Assembly: GCA_900315245.1 (NCBI GenBank) | Contig: OMYJ01000003.1 | Location: 32,121-96,120, forward strand | Length of the DNA stretch: 64,000 bases | Direction of reading: 5' to 3' | DNA from: an uncultured Bacteroidales bacterium | GTDB lineage: Bacteria > Bacteroidota > Bacteroidia > Bacteroidales > WCHB1-69 | Part shown: piece after piece, positions 57,029 to 64,000 of the stretch | Position numbering within the stretch: the first letter of the stretch is position 1 | Layout: every line of letters begins with the position of its first letter | Program-made: the position numbers and the translations under genes | The notes under the pieces: model-generated | What the model was told of the DNA's origin: nothing | Databases searched by the model: none | What the model saw: the letters and a program-made list of their open reading frames with translations, nothing else

Positions 57029-57092
57029 TTGTTTGTGGCGACATTTGGAGGTATCGCCTCCTACGTATCAAACATCTCTTTATATCCTCACC

Positions 57093-57140
57093 TTATCATC
57101 CCATCATCCTATCATCTTATCATCCTATCATCTCCTCATC
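57093..57140. repeat. Octamer repeat YYATCATC x6 between convergent genes, containing the stop and last codons of the DUF1846 gene
   Basis: ttatcatc ccatcatc ctatcatc ttatcatc ctatcatc tcctcatc. The stop TGA is at 57130-57128 (..GMRR*). Confidence 0.85.
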
Positions 57141-58600
57141 CCTTTTCGTATCGGCTCGCACGTCAGCCCGATTCCCAACTTCTTGAAAATCTTGTGATCA
57201 ATTTCGCTCAACATGACGGTGGTATGCACCTGACAACCATCCAATTGCGGTAAACAGGCCAATGCCTTGCGACAGTTCTCGTCGTTGAGGCTGAGCATGG
57301 AGAGCGCAACCAACACCTCGTCGGTGTGCAGGCGCGGGTTGTGACCATGCAAAAGGTTTACTTTGGTCTCTTGGATAGGTTCGATCATGGCCTGCGGAAT
57401 CAACCGCACCTCGTGGTCGATGCCCGCAAGATATTTCGTGGCGTTGAGCAGCAATGCGGCACTCGGTCCTAACAACGGACTTGTCTTGGCCGTGATGATG
57501 GTTCCGTCGGCCAATTCGATGGCGGAAGCGGCCACCCCACTCTCCTCCTTGCGCTTGCGAGCCGCAATGATGGATTTGCGGTCTTCCACCGTGATCTGCG
57601 CGCGCTTCAGCAACAGCGAAATCTTGTTGACCTCCTGCTCAGTAGCTTTTCCGTCCACCACATTGCACAGCGCGGTGAAGTAACGGCGGATGATCTCGTC
57701 TTTGGAGGCCTCGCAGCAGGCAGCATCGTCGGAGATGCAGTAGCCGGCCATATTCACGCCCATATCGGTGGGCGACTTGTAGGGATTTTCGCCGTAGATG
57801 CCCTCGAAAATGGCGTTCAACACCGGGAAAATCTCCACGTCGCGGTTGTAGTTGACCGCCATCTTGCCGTACGCCTCCAAATGGAAGGGGTCGATCATGT
57901 TGACGTCGTCCAAATCGGCGGTGGCGGCTTCGTATGCGATGTTGACAGGATGCTTCAGCGAGAGGTTCCAGATGGGGAAAGTCTCGAATTTGGCATAACC
58001 AGCTTTGACCCCGCGCACGTTTTCCTGGTAGAGCTGGCTCAGGCATACCGCCATCTTGCCGCTGCCGGGACCGGGCGCCGTCACGACCACCAACGGACGG
58101 GTGGTTTCCACGTACTCGTTGCGGCCGAAGCCGTCAGGCGAGTCAATGAGATCAACATTGGTGGGATAACCCTCTATGAGATAATGGTAATAGACCTTGA
58201 TGCCCATGCGCTCGAGACGCTCGCGGTAAGCCATCGCGCTGGCCTGGCCGTTGTAGTGCGTGATCACCACCCCGCTGACCAGAAAGCCGCGGGCGATGAA
58301 GATGTCGCGCAGACGCAGCACATCCTCGTCATAGGTGATGCCCAGATCGCCGCGCACCTTGTTCTTTTCGATATCCACGGCACTGATAACGATGATGATC
58401 TCCGCATCGTCCTGCAGTTGGGTGAGCATCCGCAACTTGCTGTCAGGCTGGAATCCTGGCAACACGCGACTGGCGTGGAAATCGTCATACAGCTTCCCGC
58501 CAAATTCCAAGTAAAGTTTGTGTCCGAACTGAGCGATACGCTCTTTGATGTGTTCCGATTGGATTTTCAGATACTTCCCGTTATCAAAACCGTTTTTCAT
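57128..58600 (-). CDS. DUF1846-family protein (UPF0371)
   Basis: FDNGKYLKIQSEHIKERIAQFGHKLYLEFGGKLYDDFHASRVLPGFQPDSK.. Confidence 0.75.
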   Translation of the reverse strand: MKNGFDNGKYLKIQSEHIKERIAQFGHKLYLEFGGKLYDDFHASRVLPGFQPDSKLRMLTQLQDDAEIIIVISAVDIEKNKVRGDLGITYDEDVLRLRDIFIARGFLVSGVVITHYNGQASAMAYRERLERMGIKVYYHYLIEGYPTNVDLIDSPDGFGRNEYVETTRPLVVVTAPGPGSGKMAVCLSQLYQENVRGVKAGYAKFETFPIWNLSLKHPVNIAYEAATADLDDVNMIDPFHLEAYGKMAVNYNRDVEIFPVLNAIFEGIYGENPYKSPTDMGVNMAGYCISDDAACCEASKDEIIRRYFTALCNVVDGKATEQEVNKISLLLKRAQITVEDRKSIIAARKRKEESGVAASAIELADGTIITAKTSPLLGPSAALLLNATKYLAGIDHEVRLIPQAMIEPIQETKVNLLHGHNPRLHTDEVLVALSMLSLNDENCRKALACLPQLDGCQVHTTVMLSEIDHKIFKKLGIGLTCEPIRKGMRR

Positions 58601-58627
58601 ATCATTACCAGTTTAAAATACGGGATG

Positions 58628-58635
58628 CAAAAATA
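58628..58635 (-). promoter_or_regulatory. -7 box (CAAAAATA on the + strand) for the DUF1846 gene
   Basis: gatgcaaaaataag, 28 nt upstream of the ATG at 58600. Confidence 0.5.
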
Positions 58636-58678
58636 AGATTTTTTTGAACACTCCGTCAACAAGAATGAAAAAAAAATC

Positions 58679-58686
58679 TACTTTTG
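58679..58686 (+). promoter_or_regulatory. -7 box TACTTTTG for the S41 peptidase gene
   Basis: atctacttttgcgc, 33 nt upstream of the ATG at 58719. Confidence 0.5.
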
Positions 58687-58718
58687 CGCATAAAAACCAA
58701 ATCTGTAAATCTAAGATT

Positions 58719-60434
58719 ATGAAAAAACAAATCTTATACACCGTCATTCTCCTTTTCTGTGCGACCATCTCCTTCGCACAAACACCTTCCAACGTGTCTG
58801 TCGCAGTCCGAGACACGGTGTATGATCACGGTTCCGACGTGGTTTTTCCTGAAATGACCCCACAATTGGTGGACAACCTCGATCTATTGGGTCGTATTTG
58901 GGGCTTTATGAAATATCATCACCCAGTCATATCCAAAGGCGCTTACAATTGGGATTACGAACTCTTCCGGATGCTGCCTGGTTACCTGCAAGTCACGGAC
59001 AATAAGCAGCGCGACGCATACTTGGTCAAATGGATTTCTCATTTCGGGAAGATTCCGGTGAACAAAAGCGTCATTCCCGTTGACACCAACGCAATTCTGA
59101 AACCCGATTTGTCATGGATTAATCCCGACAAACTCTCCCCAAAGCTCTACAAAATGCTGATGAATGTCTATCAGAACCGCAATAACGGCTACTATTACGT
59201 AACCTATGAGTCTCCGTGGCTGAAGGTGGCGAAATTCATCCACGAGAACCCATACGAGGATATGGAGTGCCCTGACGCCGGCTACCGCTTGCTGACCCTG
59301 TACCGTTACTGGAACATGGTGAATTACTTTTTTCCGTATAAGCAACTCACTGACACAGACTGGAATACAATTCTGAAAAAGCACATTCCTTCTATCCTAT
59401 CCGCCGATGACAAAAAATCCTATTGGCAAGCAGTCCGACAACTGATTGCCCAATGCGACGACACGCACGGAGTGGTCTGGTCCTCCAAACCGGCTACATC
59501 GTCGGAGAATTACCGTCCCCCGTTCAAGGTGAGGTTCTTGAAAAACGACACGCTGGTGGTCTCCGGTTATTGGGATGCGTCAAAAATCGACAGTTCGGGA
59601 CCGCACATCGGGGATGTCATCACGCACATCGACGGGAAACCGGTTTCGTATTGGGTTGACAGCTTGGCTCCGCACTATGCGGCCTCCAACCACCGCGCAA
59701 AACTGCGGCAGGTGGCGTGGTGGGTCTGCGCCGGCTTTACGCCCACCGTCAGTCTCAAATTCCTGTCGGATAACGTCCAGAAGGAGGTCACCATCGCCCG
59801 ATATAACAATGAGGAGATGGCTCCCAGTTTCGCAACCGACAGTGTTTGCTACAAAGTGTTTGGCGACAGCATCGGATATGTATCGATGGATGACATCACC
59901 GAAGCTTGGGTGCAACGCATCGCGGACACCTTGCACACCACGAAAGGGCTGATTTTAGATTTGCGGGAATATCCGAATGAGACCATCAATTATGCGTTTT
60001 ACCGCATTTTGTCTGACAAATCAAGGCCGTTTTTCAAATCCACGACCCCAAACTTAAGCAACCCAGGTGAATTTGTCCTCACAAAGTCGGTTTACACAGG
60101 ACGAGGTAAAGAGGCCTATGGGGGTAAAATCGTCATTCTCATCGATGAGAACTCGCAAAGTCATGCGGAATTCTGCACCATGATGTACCGCACAATCCCG
60201 AACAGCACCGTTATTGGCAATACGACGGCAGGCGCAGACGGCAATGTGGTGGGAATACAGCTTCCGGGCGGGGTCTGCTCCTATTTCTCCGGCATCGGCA
60301 TCTACTATCCGGACGGCACGGAGACCCAGCGTGTCGGCATCATCCCCGACATTTATGTCTGGCCCACGGTCAAAGGCATCAAGGACGGCCGGGACGAGTT
60401 GTTGGAAAAAGCGTTGGAACTGATTGGCGAATAA
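58719..60434 (+). CDS. S41-family (tail-specific/C-terminal processing type) peptidase
   Basis: Start trimmed to MKKQILYTVILLFCATISFAQ (the track ORF begins at a TTG). ..GLILDLREYPNE..VILIDENSQSHAEF..GADGNVV..QRVGIIPDIYV. Confidence 0.75.
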   Translation: MKKQILYTVILLFCATISFAQTPSNVSVAVRDTVYDHGSDVVFPEMTPQLVDNLDLLGRIWGFMKYHHPVISKGAYNWDYELFRMLPGYLQVTDNKQRDAYLVKWISHFGKIPVNKSVIPVDTNAILKPDLSWINPDKLSPKLYKMLMNVYQNRNNGYYYVTYESPWLKVAKFIHENPYEDMECPDAGYRLLTLYRYWNMVNYFFPYKQLTDTDWNTILKKHIPSILSADDKKSYWQAVRQLIAQCDDTHGVVWSSKPATSSENYRPPFKVRFLKNDTLVVSGYWDASKIDSSGPHIGDVITHIDGKPVSYWVDSLAPHYAASNHRAKLRQVAWWVCAGFTPTVSLKFLSDNVQKEVTIARYNNEEMAPSFATDSVCYKVFGDSIGYVSMDDITEAWVQRIADTLHTTKGLILDLREYPNETINYAFYRILSDKSRPFFKSTTPNLSNPGEFVLTKSVYTGRGKEAYGGKIVILIDENSQSHAEFCTMMYRTIPNSTVIGNTTAGADGNVVGIQLPGGVCSYFSGIGIYYPDGTETQRVGIIPDIYVWPTVKGIKDGRDELLEKALELIGE

Positions 60435-60562
60435 GGACTCTTCTTTTTGGGGGTGGACTTTAATTCTATGCTATGAAATGACGTAAAATCCTTATTAAAT
60501 CAGCATTTTAGCCTTGCTCATCTTCACCCGAAAATATCGTAATTACACCAATATTTCATACT

Positions 60563-60736
60563 ATGATTTTTTATTTCTCAGGATGCGGCAACAGCCGTTT
60601 TATTGCAGAAAGCATCGCACAAGCGATTAACGAGTCGCTCGTTTTCATACCCGAAGCCGAGCGCGGAAACCGTTTCGAATACACTCCTGCGGAAGGCGAG
60701 CGTCGGGAAAGGGCAATACTATTTCGGGAATTTTAA
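60563..60736 (+). pseudogene. N-terminal fragment of a flavodoxin-like gene
   Basis: My translation gives MIFYFSGCGNSRFIAESIAQAINESLVFIPEAERGNRFEYTPAEGERRERAILFREF*. It is 57 aa, so below the ORF-track cut-off. Confidence 0.4.
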
Positions 60737-60811
60737 TCTCCGCGTATCGCGCGGATCTGCACGGATTTTTTCCGCGTGATTCGCGAGATCCGCGGCCAAA
60801 GCCTAATCATC

Positions 60812-61171
60812 ATGAATATCGAAGAATTCCGTGAATATTGCCTCTCGTTGGGCGAGGTGGAGGAGAAGCTGCCCTTCGCGAAGATGCCCGGCGGCGACTC
60901 CGTGCTGGTGTTCTACGTCAGCGGGCACACCTTCTGCTACTGCGACCTCAACGACCTCAGAGTGGTGGTGAAATGCCAGCCCGAGCGCATCCCCGAGCTG
61001 CTCGACACCGCCGAGGGCGTGACGCCCCCCGACAGCCACTTCAGCATCAAGTACTGGATCGGCATCGACCTCCAAACCATCAGCGAGAAGCTGCTCAAAG
61101 AGTTAGTCGCCGGATCGTTTGAGATGGTGAAGGGGAAATATGAGAAGAAGCGGGTGAAGAGTCAGCGATAA
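60812..61171 (+). CDS. MmcQ/YjbR-family DNA-binding protein
   Basis: Start trimmed to MNIEEFREYCLSLGEVEEKLPF..VLVFYVSGHTF..VVVKCQPE. Confidence 0.65.
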   Translation: MNIEEFREYCLSLGEVEEKLPFAKMPGGDSVLVFYVSGHTFCYCDLNDLRVVVKCQPERIPELLDTAEGVTPPDSHFSIKYWIGIDLQTISEKLLKELVAGSFEMVKGKYEKKRVKSQR

Positions 61172-61238
61172 AAAAATTCACTTTTTTGCGAACACATCAA
61201 AATATTTATTATTTTTGCAGTCTAAAACTAACTAAGCG

Positions 61239-61556
61239 ATGAGAGTGTTTTTTGAAAAAGACTATCTTCAAAACCTATACGAATATGGTGAAAGCGGCGA
61301 CAAAAAGCATCACTACCAACCTGGTGTTATCAAAAAATACGCCAAAATAGTTGATTTGATGTTCACATCGCCCAATGTTTTGTCACTTGCTCGATACAAC
61401 TCGTTGCATTATGAAAAGCTATTAGGTGACAAAGCAGGTCTTTCCTCAGTCCGAGTCAATGACAAATATCGAATAGAGTTTGAAGAACACGTAGAAGGAT
61501 CTGAAACCATCGCGACCATTGTGAATATCACTGAATTGAGTAACCATTATCAGTAA
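61239..61556 (+). CDS. higB: HigB-like (RelE/ParE superfamily, 'plasmid maintenance system killer') toxin
   Basis: ..NSLHYEKLLGDKAGLSSVRVNDKYRIEFEE..ITELSNHY, directly followed by a HigA-type antitoxin. Confidence 0.65.
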   Translation: MRVFFEKDYLQNLYEYGESGDKKHHYQPGVIKKYAKIVDLMFTSPNVLSLARYNSLHYEKLLGDKAGLSSVRVNDKYRIEFEEHVEGSETIATIVNITELSNHYQ

Positions 61557-61561
61557 TCATT

Positions 61562-61885
61562 ATGAAACAGAAAGAAGTCAGCATGTTAGAGCCCTATACC
61601 CCCACACACCCTGGCGAGGTAATCAAGGACGAAATAGAATATCGCGGCATCTCGCAACGGAAGTTGGCGACTGAAATAGGTGTTTCCTACACGCAATTAA
61701 ACGAAATCCTGAATGGCAAGCGACCACTTAATACAGAAATGGCCATTTTGATTGCCACCGCACTTGATTTGGACGCAGAACCTTTGCTCGCACTACAGAC
61801 ACGTTACGACATGATCACCACCAAGCGCGACCGTTCCTTCCTCCGCCGTCTCTCCGCCGTCCGCAAGATCGCCTCGGTGCTGTAG
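61562..61885 (+). CDS. higA: HigA-family antitoxin (XRE HTH)
   Basis: THPGEVIKDEIEYRGISQRKLATEIGVSYTQLNEILNGKRPLNTEMAILIATALDLDAEPLLALQTRYD. Confidence 0.8.
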   Translation: MKQKEVSMLEPYTPTHPGEVIKDEIEYRGISQRKLATEIGVSYTQLNEILNGKRPLNTEMAILIATALDLDAEPLLALQTRYDMITTKRDRSFLRRLSAVRKIASVL

Positions 61886-62293
61886 CATGGGTCATTCTGG
61901 TTCCATAACAGTATTTTCTGTCGGATTTTTCCTTAATATTCACCCAACCCGTTTCAAACTTTCCTGTTTTTGCCGTTATCGGCAAAAAATCGTATCATTG
62001 CCGCGGTTTTCATTAGATTCTTGCCGATAGTACGGAATACATCTCAGTTACCCGGTTTGCCGAGAAACACGGCATCATCCTCAACCTCAACGACTACCTG
62101 CGAGACACCTGCCTGACAGCGCAAGACCAATACAAGGCATTGCTGGAATATTTCAAAATCAAGGACTAAACAATCAAGATTTCATAAACATTGAAATTTC
62201 TGTTTATTCTCCAATCAAAAAATCTTTTCACATATATGTTAAACATTTGAATAAAAACATTATCTTTGCCGCGTTTTCAAAAAGGACAAAAAG

Positions 62294-62773
62294 ATGAAGG
62301 AAGTAACTCTCAAAACACTGGAACAAACGGACAACGTCAGCCTATACTCTATTTGCTTCGATGGCAATGCTCTTAGTGAATATGAAGCTTTTGTGCAAAA
62401 ATTCAAAGACGATGCCACCCTTAATATTGATTACAAAAAAATCATATTAGCATTAGAGAAAATTGTTGCTGTTGGTGCTTTCGAACGCTTTTTCCGCCCA
62501 GAAGGTAAGATGAACGACAGAGTGGCAGCATTATCTATAGACTCACGTAAACTAAGACTATATTGTCTTCGAATATCCGACCAAATACTTATTGTTGGCA
62601 ATGGAGGACTAAAAAGCACTCGCACATACGAAGAGAACACTGAATTGAGCGGTTATGTGATGGATTTGCAAGAATTCGACAAATTACTTGCAGAAGCACA
62701 AAAAGAAGGATCCATAACTATCGAAAAGAATGTAATCACAGGAATTGAAGGAAAAGTATTTCAGTTATCATGA
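62294..62773 (+). CDS. RelE/ParE-superfamily (Gp49/HigB-like) toxin candidate
   Basis: ..FFRPEGKMNDRVAALSIDSRKLRLYCLRISDQILIVGNGGLK.. with a 4-nt overlap with the downstream HTH gene. Confidence 0.5.
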   Translation: MKEVTLKTLEQTDNVSLYSICFDGNALSEYEAFVQKFKDDATLNIDYKKIILALEKIVAVGAFERFFRPEGKMNDRVAALSIDSRKLRLYCLRISDQILIVGNGGLKSTRTYEENTELSGYVMDLQEFDKLLAEAQKEGSITIEKNVITGIEGKVFQLS

Positions 62774-63057
62774 CAAGCGATATGAACACAAAGATTTTTT
62801 CACCCATTCTGGAAGAAGCACACAACTCAATAACACCACAAGAACGTGCCGCCTTTGACTTAAATTTCAGTATTTCCGAAAAGATATACCAAATTCTGCA
62901 AGATAAAGGTATGACCAAACGTGATTTGGCAAAATTGACTGGAAAAAAGGAATCCGAAGTGTCGAGATGGTTCTCTTTCGGCCACAATTTCACTTGCAAA
63001 ACTGTCGCTTTGATTCAGCAAGCACTTGGTGCGCCAATTATTGAAATTGCCAAGTAA
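62770..63057 (+). CDS. XRE-family HTH antitoxin candidate
   Basis: ..ILQDKGMTKRDLAKLTGKKESEVSRWFSFGHNFTCKTVALIQQAL. Confidence 0.6.
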   Translation: MTSDMNTKIFSPILEEAHNSITPQERAAFDLNFSISEKIYQILQDKGMTKRDLAKLTGKKESEVSRWFSFGHNFTCKTVALIQQALGAPIIEIAK

Positions 63058-63074
63058 GAACCTATTCTAAATAT

Positions 63075-63302
63075 ATGAAGCGGCACAAAATCTTTATTAT
63101 CTCAGCATTCTTAGCCTTGCTCATCGCTGTCATAGCAGAAGTTATGATGTGGTTAACTGCCATGCTTGACGGAAAATATACTCTAACTGAATCCTCTTAT
63201 ACTTCACATATTAACAGCTTTGCTATTGCACTAATCATAAGCGACCTTGTCATTTTGTGTCTCTTGATTTGGATTGTTCTGCTTTTGAACAAAAAAGAAT
63301 AA
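63075..63302 (+). CDS. Small two-helix membrane protein (hypothetical)
   Basis: 75 aa: IFIISAFLALLIAVIAEVMMWL and AIALIISDLVILCLLIWIVLLL. Confidence 0.35.
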   Translation: MKRHKIFIISAFLALLIAVIAEVMMWLTAMLDGKYTLTESSYTSHINSFAIALIISDLVILCLLIWIVLLLNKKE

Positions 63303-63349
63303 TTATCGCGCCTTCCAAGCCCCACCCGAAAAAATCGTATTTTTGCGGC

Positions 63350-64000
63350 ATGAATGACCATACTCTCCCCCGCATCATCCTGCGCCCCGGCAAGGAGAAA
63401 TCCCTGCAACGGCGGCACCCGTGGGTCTTCTCCGGCGCCATCGCCCGAAAAGACAAAGACTTGCGCGACGGCGACATCGTGGAGGTCTATGACGCGCAAC
63501 GCCAACACCTCGCCACCGGCCACTATCAGCCCACCACCATCGCTGTGCGCCTCTTCAGCTTCGAACAACGCGACATCGATCGCGACTTCTGGCGCGGCAA
63601 ACTGCAGAACGCCATCGCCTTCCGCAAGAACATCCTGCTGCCGAACCCGCAGACCAACATGTTCCGCCTCGTCAACGGCGAGGGCGACGGCATGCCCGGT
63701 CTCATCATTGACGCTTACAACCGCCACCTCGTTATGCAGGTACACTCCATGGGCATGTACCGTCTGCACGAGACCCTCGCGGAACTGCTCGCCGAGCTGC
63801 TGCCCGACACGAAAGCCATCTGCCTCAAAACCGCCATCGAAAACGGTGAGGATGAAGACAATGTCATGGAAAACGGCTGGATTTACGGCCAGCCCGATGA
63901 GGAGGTCATCGCTTCCGAGCACGGCATCCTCTTCAAAATCGACATCCTCAACGGACAGAAGACCGGCTTCTTCCTCGACCAGCGCGAGAGCCGCGCCATG
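63350..64000 (+). CDS. rlmI: 23S rRNA (cytosine-C5) methyltransferase RlmI-like, N-terminal part (runs off the window)
   Basis: Not in the ORF track because it is open at the edge. My translation from ATG 63350 gives MNDHTLPRIILRPGKEKSLQRRHPWVFSGAI..FRLVNGEGDGMPGLIIDAY..GQKTGFFLDQRESR. A TATTTTTG box at 63338-63345 suggests a leaderless or near-leaderless mRNA. Confidence 0.8.
   Translation, partial: MNDHTLPRIILRPGKEKSLQRRHPWVFSGAIARKDKDLRDGDIVEVYDAQRQHLATGHYQPTTIAVRLFSFEQRDIDRDFWRGKLQNAIAFRKNILLPNPQTNMFRLVNGEGDGMPGLIIDAYNRHLVMQVHSMGMYRLHETLAELLAELLPDTKAICLKTAIENGEDEDNVMENGWIYGQPDEEVIASEHGILFKIDILNGQKTGFFLDQRESRAM

Overview
This is a 64-kb chromosomal segment that looks like a Bacteroidota genome (Bacteroidales, Prevotella-like). 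The signs are TAnnTTTG-type -7 promoter boxes, lipoprotein signal peptides, a T9SS C-terminal sorting domain, and mostly minus-strand genes. (i) 1-16.3 kb: a UvrA-like ATPase, an AlbA_2/Schlafen-type regulator, and two visibly AT-rich, probably horizontally acquired type II restriction-modification islands (4.1-7.0 kb and 10.9-14.4 kb). Small detox/redox genes lie between the islands, including a Vat-type streptogramin acetyltransferase. (ii) 16.3-32.7 kb: an accessory stretch of 1-4-gene blocks (YdeI, CPBP protease, metallophosphoesterase, alpha/beta hydrolase, acetyltransferases, flavodoxins, CMD-cupin, amidohydrolase, OmpA, GNAT, ClbS, ferritin). Almost every intergenic space here is filled by one unusual repeat family: dyad-symmetric arrays of 14-nt and 16/18-nt tandem units around a GTTAAC centre, about 3.1 kb in total by my coordinates. 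One array is split by a 2.2-kb insertion flanked by a 12-bp duplication. (iii) 32.7-64 kb: mostly core genes (aldo/keto reductases, AraC, rubrerythrin fusion, pyrG, purF-like, C10 peptidase, AAA ATPase, carbonic anhydrase, CDF, nitroreductase, methylmalonyl-CoA mutase, DUF819, TonB, DUF1846, S41 peptidase, RlmI). These are interspersed with toxin-antitoxin pairs, a RAYT/REP module and short heptamer/octamer repeats at gene ends. Many gene remnants and chimeras point to repeated recombination and deletion. I found no rRNA, tRNA or CRISPR. The repeat-array family and its cassette-like context is my best candidate for something undescribed, but its function is unknown and everything beyond its structure is inference. 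ORF-track coordinates include the stop codon and allow alternative starts, so I trimmed several N-termini to the most plausible ATG.
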